A stretch of 64,000 nucleotides of DNA, taken from contig DJHS01000047.1 in assembly GCA_002433235.1 (NCBI GenBank), positions 1,369 through 65,368 of the forward strand, given 5' to 3'. Under the pieces are notes generated by a model. The model did not search any database. It was not told the origin of the DNA and saw only the letters and a program-made list of their open reading frames with translations. Origin of the DNA: Verrucomicrobia bacterium UBA6614. Its GTDB lineage: Bacteria; Verrucomicrobiota; Verrucomicrobiia; Limisphaerales; UBA1100. The translations under genes were made by a program, and so were the position numbers. This document shows, piece after piece, positions 26,407 to 36,399 of the stretch; the first letter of the stretch is position 1, and each line of letters begins with the position of its first letter.

Positions 26407-27699
26407 ATGAACACAATCTCCCAAACCGCACCCGCTGGCACGCCACTGACCGGCGACCAAGTCAACAGCTTCGTGGCCGAGGCGTTGCCGACGGCGGATT
26501 ATTCCAGCAAAAAGGTTCTGCTCATTGTTCCGGACCACACGCGCACGGCGCCCGTGGGCCAGCTGTTCAAAGCCATCCATGCGCAGATCGCCGGCAGCAC
26601 GGCCAAGCTGGATGTGATGATCGCCCTCGGCACGCACCACGCCATGAGCGAGGAGGCAATTTGCGAGCGGCTGGAGATCACGCTCGACGAACGCCGCAGG
26701 CAGTATGCCGATGTCGCCTTTCATAACCATGAATGGGACAACCCCGATATGCTGCGCAACATCGGCACCATTCCTGCCTCGACGATTGGCGAATTGTCCG
26801 GTGGCCGGTTTGAGATGGATGTGCCGGTGGAAATCAATCACACGATCTACGACTACGATCAGGCGATGATCCTTGGGCCGGTGTTCCCGCATGAGGTGGT
26901 CGGTTTTTCCGGCGGCAACAAATACCTTTTCCCCGGCATCAGCGGCCCCGAGGTGCTGAACTTTTTCCATTGGCTCGGCGCGGTGGTCACCAACCCGATG
27001 ATCATCGGCAGCAAATGGACCCCCGTGCGCAAGGTCGTCGATCACGCCGCCGCGATGGTGGATATTGAGAAAACCTGCTTCAGCATGGTGGTGCGTCCGG
27101 ATAAAACCCTCGCCGGACTGTTCTTCGGCACGCCGGAAGGCGCCTGGGATGCCGCCAGCGATTTGTCGGCGACCGAACACATCACGTACAAGGAGCGGCC
27201 CTTCAACAAAATCGTTTCGTGCGCACCGAAGATGTACGATGACCTTTGGGTTGGCGGCAAATGCATGTACAAGCTCGAGCCCGTGCTGGCCGATGGCGGT
27301 GAGCTAATCATTTATGCGCCGCACATCACCGAGGTTAGTTTTTCGCACGGCGATATCATCAAGCAGATCGGCTACCACTGCTCGGCTTATCTGCTCCATC
27401 ACTGGGATCGCTTTAAGGATTTCCCCTGGGGATTGCTCGCACACAGCGGCCACGTGAAGGGCATCGGCACGGTGGACGCCAACGGCAACGAGCAACCGCG
27501 CGCCACCGTCACCCTCGCCACCGGCATCCCGGAGGAGGTTTGCCGGCAAATCAATCTCGGCTACGTCGATTATCGCACGATCGACATTGAAGACTACGCT
27601 GATCGCGAGGACGAAGGCGTGTATCTTGAGCGCAAAGCCGGCGAGCGGCTCTATCACCTGCGCCAACGCCCCGACTGGGCCGGCGGCACGGACGATTGA
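26407..27699 (+). CDS. LarA-family protein (nickel-pincer-nucleotide-dependent lactate/alpha-hydroxyacid racemase homolog, DUF2088)
   Basis: KVLLIVPDHTRTAP...LGTHHAMSEEA N-terminal LarA-like motifs; ATG 26407 (MNTISQ). Confidence 0.75.
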   Translation: MNTISQTAPAGTPLTGDQVNSFVAEALPTADYSSKKVLLIVPDHTRTAPVGQLFKAIHAQIAGSTAKLDVMIALGTHHAMSEEAICERLEITLDERRRQYADVAFHNHEWDNPDMLRNIGTIPASTIGELSGGRFEMDVPVEINHTIYDYDQAMILGPVFPHEVVGFSGGNKYLFPGISGPEVLNFFHWLGAVVTNPMIIGSKWTPVRKVVDHAAAMVDIEKTCFSMVVRPDKTLAGLFFGTPEGAWDAASDLSATEHITYKERPFNKIVSCAPKMYDDLWVGGKCMYKLEPVLADGGELIIYAPHITEVSFSHGDIIKQIGYHCSAYLLHHWDRFKDFPWGLLAHSGHVKGIGTVDANGNEQPRATVTLATGIPEEVCRQINLGYVDYRTIDIEDYADREDEGVYLERKAGERLYHLRQRPDWAGGTDD

Positions 27700-27730
27700 C
27701 AGTCGACGGACTGCTCGGCATCGTGGGCGC

Positions 27731-28564
27731 ATGCCTTCGGTTTCCGCCGATCAAATTGCGTCCTTTGAAGAGGACGGTTATCTCATCATCCCCGGCCTGT
27801 TTGATGCCGAAGAGGCGGGCATCCTTCGCGCCGCCGCACAGGCCGATCAATCCTTCCAGGATCACGCCTACGATTTGGAGGACGGCGAAGGCGGCAAGGC
27901 GCAGCTGGTGCTATGGAATTCCGCCGGCGAAGATCTCTGGGGCGCCATCGCCCGCAGCGAACGCGTCGTCAACGCCATGGAAGCCCTTCTCGGCGATGAG
28001 GTGTATCATTACCACAGCAAGATGAGCATCAAGCAGCCGCGCACCGGCGGCGCGTGGAGCTGGCATCAGGATTACGGTTACTGGTACCAAAACGGCTGCC
28101 TCTGGCCAGACATGGGCTCCGCTTTTATTGCGGTCGATCCCAACACCCGCGCCAACGGCTGCCTGCAGGTGCTCAAGGGCTCCCACAAAATGGGCCGCAT
28201 CGAGCACGGTCGTTACGGCGACCAGACCGGCGCCGATCCCGAGCGCACCGATGAAGCCGTGAAAGTGATGGAGCTCGTTTACGTGGAGCTGAACCCCGGC
28301 GACACGCTCTTCTTCCACAGCAACCTCCTCCATCGCTCCGATCAAAACACCTCGCCTGATCCGCGCTGGTCACTCATTTGCTGCTACAACACCAAGCACA
28401 ACGATCCCTACAAGGATTCCCATCACCCGCGCTACGCCCCGCTCGAGAAACTGCCCGACACCGCCATCAAGGAAATGGGCGCGAAGCTGTTCGAGAGTAA
28501 AACCGATTTCTGGGATCCTGCCGCGGACGCCACGACCGGCGCCGGCGAAAAAGCCTCCACATGA
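27731..28564 (+). CDS. phytanoyl-CoA dioxygenase (PhyH) family Fe(II)/2OG oxygenase
   Basis: ATG ~27731 (MPSVSADQIASFEEDGYLIIPGLF); WHQDYGYW...HSNLLH 2-His-1-carboxylate pattern. Confidence 0.75.
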   Translation: MPSVSADQIASFEEDGYLIIPGLFDAEEAGILRAAAQADQSFQDHAYDLEDGEGGKAQLVLWNSAGEDLWGAIARSERVVNAMEALLGDEVYHYHSKMSIKQPRTGGAWSWHQDYGYWYQNGCLWPDMGSAFIAVDPNTRANGCLQVLKGSHKMGRIEHGRYGDQTGADPERTDEAVKVMELVYVELNPGDTLFFHSNLLHRSDQNTSPDPRWSLICCYNTKHNDPYKDSHHPRYAPLEKLPDTAIKEMGAKLFESKTDFWDPAADATTGAGEKAST

Positions 28565-29649
28565 ACCTCAACATTCATTCCGAACTCCCCGAGCGCAAAG
28601 ACTGGCGCATCGGCTGCGTCGGCAGCGGCTTCATCATGAGCGACTGCCATTTGGTCGCCTACGGCAAGGCCGGCTTCAACCCCGTCGCCATCGCCAGCCG
28701 CACGCAGGTCAACGCCGCCGCCTGCGCTGAGGCGCACAACATCGGCAAAGTGCATAGCACCATCGACCAGTTGCTTGATGACGAATCCATCGAGGTGCTG
28801 GATCTCGCCGTGCCGCCGGACAACCAACTCGAGATCATCAAGGCCGCCTGTGCGCGCGGCACGGCCAAAGGCATTCTGGCGCAGAAACCGCTGGGTGCGA
28901 ATTACGCGGAGGCCGTTGAGGCGGTCGAAGCCTGCGAAGCCGCCGGCATTGTCTTGGCCGTGAACCAAAACATGCGCTACGACCAATCCGTGCGCGCCGG
29001 CAAAACGTTGCTCGAAAACGGCACCATCGGCGATCCCGTGCTCGCCACCATCGACATGCGCGGCATCCCCCACTGGATGCCGTGGCAGGAGCGCCAGGGC
29101 TGGGTCACCCTGCGCATCATGTCCATCCATCACATGGATACTTTCCGCTACTGGCTCGGCGATCCCGAGCGAATCTACTGCACCACCCGCCCCGATCCGC
29201 GCACCACCTTTCCCCACACCGACGGCATCGCCAGTTACATTCTCGAATATGAAAATGGCCTGCGCGCTATCGCCATTGACGACACTTGGACCGGCCCCGC
29301 GCGCGAAGGCGCCCCGGCCGACATCGGCATCGAATGGCGTATCGAGGGCATGGATGGTCTTGCCATCGGCGACATCGGCTGGTGTCAGGATCCGTACACC
29401 ACACCGTCCACCATCCGCTACGCCACCAAGGGCGATGAAGATTTCACTGCGCCGACGTGGCAAGAAAGCTGGTTCCCCGACGCCTTCATTGGCACCATGG
29501 CGCAGCTGCTCATCGGGCTGGAGACCGGCAACCCACCGGCCATCGACGGTCGGGATAATTTAAACACCATGGCTCTGGTGGAAGCGGCTTATATTAGCGC
29601 CGAGCAACACCGGGCGGTGAGCTTGGCTGAAGTAAAAAGTGAAAAGTAG
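28561..29649 (+). CDS. Gfo/Idh/MocA family NAD(P)-dependent oxidoreductase
   Basis: WRIGCVGSGFIMSDCHLVAY Rossmann start, EKPLGANYAEA motif; start overlaps previous stop (ATGA). Confidence 0.8.
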   Translation: MNLNIHSELPERKDWRIGCVGSGFIMSDCHLVAYGKAGFNPVAIASRTQVNAAACAEAHNIGKVHSTIDQLLDDESIEVLDLAVPPDNQLEIIKAACARGTAKGILAQKPLGANYAEAVEAVEACEAAGIVLAVNQNMRYDQSVRAGKTLLENGTIGDPVLATIDMRGIPHWMPWQERQGWVTLRIMSIHHMDTFRYWLGDPERIYCTTRPDPRTTFPHTDGIASYILEYENGLRAIAIDDTWTGPAREGAPADIGIEWRIEGMDGLAIGDIGWCQDPYTTPSTIRYATKGDEDFTAPTWQESWFPDAFIGTMAQLLIGLETGNPPAIDGRDNLNTMALVEAAYISAEQHRAVSLAEVKSEK

Positions 29650-30114
29650 AAAGTAAAAGCCACAAGTCAAAATTCAAATTTTTGAGATATGGTTACTGAT
29701 AGTGAAGGCACAAGCACGCAAGCGGCATCGGATATTAAGCGGCGGGCTTATCAGTTTTCGGTGGATATTTTGAAAATGGCAAATGCGCTGCCGGAGAAAA
29801 AGCTGCAATCGATTCTAATTAACCAACTCGTGCGTTCGGCCACGTCCATCGGTGCAAACATCATCGAGGCGAAAGCCGCCAGCTCGAAACGCGATTTCAG
29901 GCGCTTTTACGACATTGCCCTCAAGTCCGCCAACGAAACCAAATACTGGCTTTGCCTCCTCCGCGACGGAATGAACATCCCATCCACCACCATCGCCCCG
30001 CTCCTGCAAGAGGCCAAAGAAATCTCGAACATCCTCGGCGCCAGTCTCATCACCCTCCGCAAAAAACGCGATTGACCGATCACTTTTGACTTTTAACCTG
30101 TGGCTTTTACTTTC
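29649..30114. mobile_element. IVS-like cassette: four-helix-bundle gene flanked by imperfect inverted repeats, inserted between two operon genes
   Basis: left arm gaaagtaaaagccacaagtcaaaa (29649-29672) vs right arm ttttgac[ttttaacc]tgtggcttttactttc (30084-30114); locally AT-rich. Confidence 0.5.
29689..30075 (+). CDS. four-helix-bundle protein (23S rRNA intervening-sequence protein family)
   Basis: 128 aa; YQFSVDILKMANALP...SIGANIIEAKAASSKRDF...ETKYWL hallmark of the IVS four-helix-bundle family. Confidence 0.75.
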   Translation: MVTDSEGTSTQAASDIKRRAYQFSVDILKMANALPEKKLQSILINQLVRSATSIGANIIEAKAASSKRDFRRFYDIALKSANETKYWLCLLRDGMNIPSTTIAPLLQEAKEISNILGASLITLRKKRD

Positions 30115-30141
30115 TCCTTTTAACCTTTTACTTTTCAAAAC

Positions 30142-30966
30142 ATGAAACTCGGAATGATTAACTCCGCCTGGGAACAGCACGGCATCGGGCTGGTCGACGG
30201 GCTGCACAAGACCAAGGAACTCGGCTTTGATTGCGTGGATATTTTCCAGGATCCACTTGATGACAACGCCGATGACCGCATCGCCACCATCAAACAAACC
30301 TGCGACGAACTGCAGCTGCCCATCATCAGCGTAGTCGGCGTGAGCGTGGGCCTCGTGGATTTCAACCCGTCCGTACAACAATTCCACGTCGAGCGGTGCA
30401 AACGTTACCTCGACATGGCTGCCACGCTCGGAGCGAAGAATTACCTCCTCGTGATCGGCGAATACATTTGGCAAAAGGAAGTCATCCCGCCGGAAGAACA
30501 ATGGCGCTTCGCCGTGGAGAACGTGCAGGTGCTGGGCGATTACGCCGCCGAGCGCGACCTCGAGATCGTCATCGAGCTGGAGCCCTTCCACATGTCGCTC
30601 GTCAACACCATCGCCGAGATGGACCGTTACCTGACCGATGTTGACCGCCCCGCCGTGAAGGCGAATATCGACATCAGCCACATGCTCCTCAGCGACAGCC
30701 CGCCCGAAAGCCTCGCCGCCCTCAAGGGCCGCGCCGGGCACGTGCACATTTCCGATTGCGACGGCAAAGTGCACGGAGACCTGCCTCCCGGCCACGGCGT
30801 GGTGCCTTTCCAACCGTACCTGCAGGCGATCAAGGATCTCGACTTCGACGGCGCCATCAGCCTCGAGCTGGAATATGCGCCCGATCCGAGCAAGATTGTC
30901 GAGTGGGTCACCGAAGCCTACACCTCGACGGACAAGTTAATGGCCGAAGTCAACCTGCGCGGCTAA
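30142..30966 (+). CDS. sugar phosphate isomerase/epimerase (xylose-isomerase-like TIM barrel)
   Basis: FDCVDIF...IELEPFHMSLVNT...HVHISDCDG metal-binding pattern. Confidence 0.8.
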   Translation: MKLGMINSAWEQHGIGLVDGLHKTKELGFDCVDIFQDPLDDNADDRIATIKQTCDELQLPIISVVGVSVGLVDFNPSVQQFHVERCKRYLDMAATLGAKNYLLVIGEYIWQKEVIPPEEQWRFAVENVQVLGDYAAERDLEIVIELEPFHMSLVNTIAEMDRYLTDVDRPAVKANIDISHMLLSDSPPESLAALKGRAGHVHISDCDGKVHGDLPPGHGVVPFQPYLQAIKDLDFDGAISLELEYAPDPSKIVEWVTEAYTSTDKLMAEVNLRG

Positions 30967-31370
30967 TGAGCACCGAACCCAACGAGTGGCAAACACAGTT
31001 TCGCGACCTTTTCTTTAAGGGCGTCGAACGCCATGAAGCCGGCCGGCAATCGCCCGAAACAATGTTCGAAGGCGACGAACCCGCCTTTCTCGAATCCATC
31101 GGTTGCAGCACACAGGAGATGTTTGATTTCTGTGACGACTACGTGCGCTGGGGCGATGTCGTTTACGAGCACGTCGAGGAATTGCAGGCCGTGCGGCGCG
31201 ACTATTTTCTCAACGACCTCCGGGGCCAACCCGCCGCGCGCCGAATGGAGATGGAGGAATTTCCCGCCAAGACCGATGAGATTGCCGGCGTCGCCTGGCT
31301 CCCGCGCCTGATCGTCAAGGCCCGTGCCAAGCTCGAGGGCGCCCTGCCCGCGGATTTAATGTACGGCTGA
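30966..31370 (+). CDS. DUF5069-like small protein; in-frame TGA at 31368-31370 with coding-like continuation to TAA 31494-31496
   Basis: ATG 30966 overlaps upstream stop (TAATG); ...[71 protein letters not shown]; strong GC3 bias continues after the TGA. Confidence 0.65.
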   Translation: MSTEPNEWQTQFRDLFFKGVERHEAGRQSPETMFEGDEPAFLESIGCSTQEMFDFCDDYVRWGDVVYEHVEELQAVRRDYFLNDLRGQPAARRMEMEEFPAKTDEIAGVAWLPRLIVKARAKLEGALPADLMYG

Positions 31371-31492
31371 GGCGGCGACCGCCAGTTCTTCCGTGAGAAG
31401 AACGTCGACCCTGCCGAACTTCTGCGCGTCACCCTCGTTGCCGGCGACGAAGATCAACTCATCGTGGATTACGTGGAAAGCTGCATTCACGG

Positions 31493-31867
31493 CTAACCCA
31501 AGCGGCAATTCTCCGCGCCGGCAAACGCGTACTCCTCCACCACGCGCCCGGCAATCAGGTGTTCCTGGATGATCCGCTCCAGCACCTCCGGGGTACAGGA
31601 ATGGTACCAGGTACCCTCCGGATAAACCACGGCCACTGGCCCGCGCAGGCAAACCCGCAGGCAATTGGCCTTCGTGCGAAACACCTGCGGTTTGGCACCC
31701 ACCAAACCCAGTTCCTTCAGTCGGTTCTTCAGATAATCCCAAGACTCCAAGCCAGCCTCCTTGGCACAGCATTTGGCATCCGTCTGATCTGCACACAGGA
31801 AGATGTGGCGTTGGTATTTGTTCAATCCCAGAGTTTTTGTGCTTGTCTGAAGGTTTGGTTCGGACAT
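31493..31867 (-). CDS. thioredoxin-like [2Fe-2S] ferredoxin
   Basis: [14 protein letters not shown]...[20 protein letters not shown] four-Cys pattern of thioredoxin-fold 2Fe-2S ferredoxins. Confidence 0.75.
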   Translation of the reverse strand: MSEPNLQTSTKTLGLNKYQRHIFLCADQTDAKCCAKEAGLESWDYLKNRLKELGLVGAKPQVFRTKANCLRVCLRGPVAVVYPEGTWYHSCTPEVLERIIQEHLIAGRVVEEYAFAGAENCRLG

Positions 31868-32018
31868 GCGAGAAGTTCACCTGATTGACTGTTTGAGGTC
31901 AATCGCCTTGAGTCTGAAAGTTTGTATTGCACGGATACGGGAGCAAGGTGTGAGGCCAGCACTGTTTGAATTGCATACTATGACTGGACGAGGTGATGGC
32001 GGATGTTATCATCACCGG

Positions 32019-33278
32019 ATGACATCTATTCGTATCTCTCTCGTGCTAGTTTTGACTGGTGTTTCACTTTTTGCTGACAATTGGCCGGCTTGGCGCGGGC
32101 CGGCGGGAACAGGTGTGAGCATGGGCAAGGGGTTGCCGATTAAATGGTCGACCACCAAAAATGTTAAATGGAAGGTGCCGCTGCCGGAGCGCGGAAATTC
32201 TTCGCCGATTGTGTGGGGGGACAAGGTGTTTGTGACTCAGGCGATTGAGCAGGTGGGGCGGCGGATGTTGTTGTGTCTAAACAGGAAGAATGGGAGAGAG
32301 TTGTGGCGCAGTAGTGTGCTCTTTCGGGAGAACGAGTTGACTCACCGGACGAATCCGTATTGCTCGGCGTCGCCAGCGACGGATGGTGAGCGGGTGGTGG
32401 TTTCGCATGGCTCGGCAGGAATTGTTTGTTACGACATGGATGGAAAGGAGTTGTGGCGGCGTGACTTGGGGGTGCAACGGCACATTTGGGGTAACGCGGC
32501 CTCGCCGGTGATTTACAAGGACTTGGTGATCTTGAACCATGGCCCCGGCGATCCGACATTCTTGGTGGCTTTGAACAAGGCTAACGGAACGGAAGTTTGG
32601 CGGCATGATGAGCTGGGCGGTGATTCGGGGGTCAAGAAGGATGGTCAACGCGGCAAGTGGATTGGTTCATGGACGACGCCAATTGTGGTTTCTGTTAACG
32701 GCCGGGATCAATTGTTGATGAGTTATCCGGGGCGGTTGGTGGCTTTTGAACCGGCAAACGGGAAGGAAGTGTGGTCGTGTGGCGGTTTGAATTCTCTGGT
32801 TTACACGTCGCCTATTTTCGATGAGGGAATTGCAGTGGCGATGGGCGGCTATGGCGGCACAGCGTTAGCAGCGCGGTTGGGGGGCAAGGGGGATGTGACG
32901 AAAACGCACCGGCTTTGGGCACGCCCAAAGGAGCAGCAACGGATTGGCTCAGGCGTCATGCATGAGGGGCACGTTTATATTCAGAATGCGACCGGAGTGG
33001 CGCAATGCATTAATGTGAAATCCGGCAAAGTGGTCTGGGAGGAGAGACTGAAGGGGAAAGGGGCGCGGGGTGGATCCTGGTCTTCAATGGTCTTTGCAGG
33101 GGGGAGGTTGTATGCCATGAACCAGTCGGCAGATGTATTTGTACTGAAGGCGGCGCCAAAATTTGAATTGGTTGCGACCAACTCACTGGGGGAAACCACG
33201 CAATCGTCCATCGCGGTTTCGGGTGGTGAGTTGTTTATCCGGACCTACAACCACCTTTGGTGCATTAGTGGTGAATGA
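32019..33278 (+). CDS. PQQ-like beta-propeller repeat protein, secreted (paralog)
   Basis: signal MTSIRISLVLVLTGVSLFA + DNWPAWRGPAGTG; same blade pattern as 22434..23708 (~45% identity by eye). Confidence 0.85.
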   Translation: MTSIRISLVLVLTGVSLFADNWPAWRGPAGTGVSMGKGLPIKWSTTKNVKWKVPLPERGNSSPIVWGDKVFVTQAIEQVGRRMLLCLNRKNGRELWRSSVLFRENELTHRTNPYCSASPATDGERVVVSHGSAGIVCYDMDGKELWRRDLGVQRHIWGNAASPVIYKDLVILNHGPGDPTFLVALNKANGTEVWRHDELGGDSGVKKDGQRGKWIGSWTTPIVVSVNGRDQLLMSYPGRLVAFEPANGKEVWSCGGLNSLVYTSPIFDEGIAVAMGGYGGTALAARLGGKGDVTKTHRLWARPKEQQRIGSGVMHEGHVYIQNATGVAQCINVKSGKVVWEERLKGKGARGGSWSSMVFAGGRLYAMNQSADVFVLKAAPKFELVATNSLGETTQSSIAVSGGELFIRTYNHLWCISGE

Positions 33279-33323
33279 TTGTAACCTCTGGCCGTTTGTT
33301 GGCTTATATAGCTCAGAAATCCT

Positions 33324-34847
33324 ATGAATAAATTATCCAAGTTGTTTCTGTTTTTGATCATGCCGGCCTTTGTTGCCGCCGGGGGGGGAGTGCCGAACTT
33401 TTCAGAGCATGTGGCTCCGATCATTTTCAACAATTGCACCTCGTGCCATCGTAAGGGTGAGGGTGCACCGTTTGAATTCATCAGCTATGAAGATGTTCGC
33501 AAACGAGGCAGGTTGATTGTGCGGGTGACGGAAAGTGGCTTCATGCCGCCGTGGCATGCGACCTCGGCTGATTATCAGTTTGAGGGCGCCCGTGGATTGA
33601 AGGATGGCGAAATTGAGACGTTGACCCGCTGGGTGGAAGGGGGCATGCCGGAAGGGGATCCGAAAAAGCTTCCGAAACGGCCGACTTTTACTCCAGGCTG
33701 GAGGCTGGGGAAGCCGGACTTGGTCGTTAAAATGAAGGAGCCTTATCCGGTGCCTGCGGCGGGGCGCGACATTTACCGGAGCTTTGTCATCCCGCTGGAC
33801 ATTCGCGAGACGAAATGGGTGAAGGCGGTCGAGTTCAAGCCGGGGGCGCCGGCGGTGGTGCATCATAGCTTATTCCGGTACGACACCTCGGGCTTGGCTC
33901 GCCGACTGGATGCTCGGAGTCCAACGCCTGGCTTTAGGGGCATGGGTGACGGAAATGCGCTGGGGCCGCGCAGTCTGGGTGGCTGGGCTGTGGGTGGCAG
34001 TGCGCGGTTTTTGCCGGAGGGCTTGGCGTATCGATTGCCGGCGGGTTCGGACTTGATTCTGGACATGCATTTTCATCTCTCGGGAAAACCGGAAAAAGAG
34101 GTTTCAACAGTCGGGATTTATTTTTCGGACAAGCCTCCGACGGATGTCTTTACAGCCATTCAGATGCCGCCACAGTTTGGGGCGCTTTCGCGGGTGGATA
34201 TCCCGGCTGGGGTAAAGGACTACACGGTGGAGGATTCGTTTGTGCTTCCTGTTGACTTGGAGGCATTTTCCGTAAGCGCTCATGCGCATTATTTGGGCAA
34301 GCAAATGCGAATGACGGCGACGTTACCCAATGGAGCGAAGAAGGAGTTGATCCATATTCCGGACTGGGACTTTACTTGGCAGGAGGAATACAACTATTCG
34401 GAATTCGTTTCGCTGCCGAAGGGGACGCGGCTGGATACCACGATTGTCTGGGACAACTCAGAGGGCAATCCCTCCAACCCCCACAACCCACCCCGGAGGG
34501 TAAGATGGGGATTGCAGTCTACGGATGAGATGGGGAGCCTGACGTTGGCGGTGAAGCCTAAGAACTTGTCAGACATGCGTTCTCTTCACACCGCGTTGGG
34601 GCGGCACGCTCGAAATCATTACAATGCCCGGCGTAATCGGCCCGCCCAAGCCGGCGGCGGATTATGGGCGGCCGTTGTCGCGGGTATCATGCGGGGTGAC
34701 AAGAATGGAGATGGGAAAATTAATAAGGTGGAGGCCCCTCGCTGGCTGCTAAAATCATTCGACAAGGTTGATGCGGATTCAAGCGGTGATTTGGATCGGC
34801 GGGAACTTGAAAGGGCGCGTGATCGCCTTGGGAAGGGGCGGGATTAG
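33324..34847 (+). CDS. secreted CxxCH heme-binding (PSCyt-like) domain protein with monooxygenase-like beta-sandwich region and two C-terminal EF-hand motifs
   Basis: signal peptide; [19 protein letters not shown] CxxCH; [11 protein letters not shown] / [10 protein letters not shown] His clusters; [12 protein letters not shown] and [16 protein letters not shown]-hand loops (34690-34810). Confidence 0.7.
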   Translation: MNKLSKLFLFLIMPAFVAAGGGVPNFSEHVAPIIFNNCTSCHRKGEGAPFEFISYEDVRKRGRLIVRVTESGFMPPWHATSADYQFEGARGLKDGEIETLTRWVEGGMPEGDPKKLPKRPTFTPGWRLGKPDLVVKMKEPYPVPAAGRDIYRSFVIPLDIRETKWVKAVEFKPGAPAVVHHSLFRYDTSGLARRLDARSPTPGFRGMGDGNALGPRSLGGWAVGGSARFLPEGLAYRLPAGSDLILDMHFHLSGKPEKEVSTVGIYFSDKPPTDVFTAIQMPPQFGALSRVDIPAGVKDYTVEDSFVLPVDLEAFSVSAHAHYLGKQMRMTATLPNGAKKELIHIPDWDFTWQEEYNYSEFVSLPKGTRLDTTIVWDNSEGNPSNPHNPPRRVRWGLQSTDEMGSLTLAVKPKNLSDMRSLHTALGRHARNHYNARRNRPAQAGGGLWAAVVAGIMRGDKNGDGKINKVEAPRWLLKSFDKVDADSSGDLDRRELERARDRLGKGRD

Positions 34848-34849
34848 TT

Positions 34850-36364
34850 ATGTGGGTTCCAAAATTTGAAAGGGATGCGAAGGTGGGTGTGGATTCACCC
34901 ATCCCGACACAGGTGGTTTCCAATGAGGAATTTATTCCGAGACCGCAAACGGAGGAGCAGAAGCGATGGGAGCGGCGGATTGGCGAACTGTCAGAGGCAA
35001 AAGCCAAGGCGCTGGGGATGGGGCGGCGTGAGTTTATGCGCAGCTCAATGGGAATGGCGACGGCGTTTCTGGCGGCAAATGAGGTATACGGAAATTACTG
35101 GGAAGTGGACGAGAAGGAGACGTTGGAACCGGCGGCTCATGAGGAAAAATGGCCAAAGGGTGACTATTTCATTTTTGATGTGCAGACACATTTTACGAAT
35201 GGTGTGCCCTTGGGGATGCGTGCATTCACAAATCTCATTGTCAAAGGGCTGGGGGTGAAGCTGGATAACCGGCCGGAGTCGTACGGCTTCAATAATTTTG
35301 TGAAGGAGATTTTCTTTGATAGCGACACTTCCATGGCGGTGATCTCAGGGATCCCGGGTAAGGAGTTTCATCGTGATCGGGAAGGCAAGTTGCTGGATGG
35401 TCCGAAACGTGGCGGCGGCATATTGCCGAGTTGGCTGATGTCACAGTCGAAGAAGCAACTGAATGAACTGACGGGATCCAAGCGTGTGTTGTGCCAGGGG
35501 AACTGCGCGCCAAATCACTATTGGGACCGTAAAAACAAGAAGCCTAATTTCGCGGAATTGTTCGAACAAATGGAGCGCGAAGTGAAGCAATATGGCATCG
35601 ATAGTTGGAAATGGTACTGCCACATGGATCCGGGGCGCAGCGGGAACGGATTCCGGATGGATGACGAAAAGATGGCATATCCGTTTTATGAGAAGTCGAA
35701 GAAGCTTGGGCTAAAGGTGTTCAGTTGTCACAAGGGGTTTGCGAGCCAGTCTCGGCGGCTGGGGCATTTCACGCATCCGGGCGACGTGGAGAAGGCGGCA
35801 GTGGATCACCCGGACTTGAGCTTTGTGGTGTACCACTCGGCGTTGAAGCACGGGCCGGGCGAGGCGGGATTCAAGGATCCGAAGTTTTTTGATCCAAAGA
35901 CGGGCGACTTTGTCTGGCACAACGAGCTGATGAAGATCAAGCAGCGCAATCCAAAAATGGACAATGTGTATTGTGAGATTGGGTCGTCGTTTGGTCTATT
36001 GGCGGTCTTGCATCCGCTGATGGCACAACATCTCATCGGCAAGAACGTGAAGTACTACGGCGCGGATCATGTCATCTGGGGCACGGACTGTCTGTGGTGG
36101 GGTTCGCCGCAATGGGTGATCGAGGCGTTCAAGCGCTTCCAGATTTCCGATGAGTTGTGTGAGCGTTTCGGATACAAAAAGCTGACAAAGGAAGACAAGG
36201 CGAAGATTTTTGGCCTGAATGCCGCCAAGGTTTACAAAGTGGACTTGAAAGCCAAGCTGAAGCAATTCCCCAAGGACACCTTGACACGGTTGAAGACCGC
36301 GTATCTCGACGAGGGTGGTCACCGTGAAAATGCTGCCCATGGTTGGGTGCGCGCCGAGGCTTGA
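34850..36364 (+). CDS. amidohydrolase family metal-dependent hydrolase with TAT signal
   Basis: [18 protein letters not shown] twin-arginine signal; FDVQTHF (HxH-type) motif; ATG overlaps upstream stop. Confidence 0.75.
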   Translation: MWVPKFERDAKVGVDSPIPTQVVSNEEFIPRPQTEEQKRWERRIGELSEAKAKALGMGRREFMRSSMGMATAFLAANEVYGNYWEVDEKETLEPAAHEEKWPKGDYFIFDVQTHFTNGVPLGMRAFTNLIVKGLGVKLDNRPESYGFNNFVKEIFFDSDTSMAVISGIPGKEFHRDREGKLLDGPKRGGGILPSWLMSQSKKQLNELTGSKRVLCQGNCAPNHYWDRKNKKPNFAELFEQMEREVKQYGIDSWKWYCHMDPGRSGNGFRMDDEKMAYPFYEKSKKLGLKVFSCHKGFASQSRRLGHFTHPGDVEKAAVDHPDLSFVVYHSALKHGPGEAGFKDPKFFDPKTGDFVWHNELMKIKQRNPKMDNVYCEIGSSFGLLAVLHPLMAQHLIGKNVKYYGADHVIWGTDCLWWGSPQWVIEAFKRFQISDELCERFGYKKLTKEDKAKIFGLNAAKVYKVDLKAKLKQFPKDTLTRLKTAYLDEGGHRENAAHGWVRAEA

Positions 36365-36399
36365 TGGACTCCACAGACCCGCCGGCCTTTGATGCTCAA

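Noticed and set aside
31368-31370. Interpreting the DUF5069 TGA simply as a sequencing error
   Set aside because: Not rejected outright, but kept as a finding. Downstream hairpins, the exact coincidence of the extended frame with the convergent gene boundary and a second TGA-split pair at 2557 make recoding worth testing.
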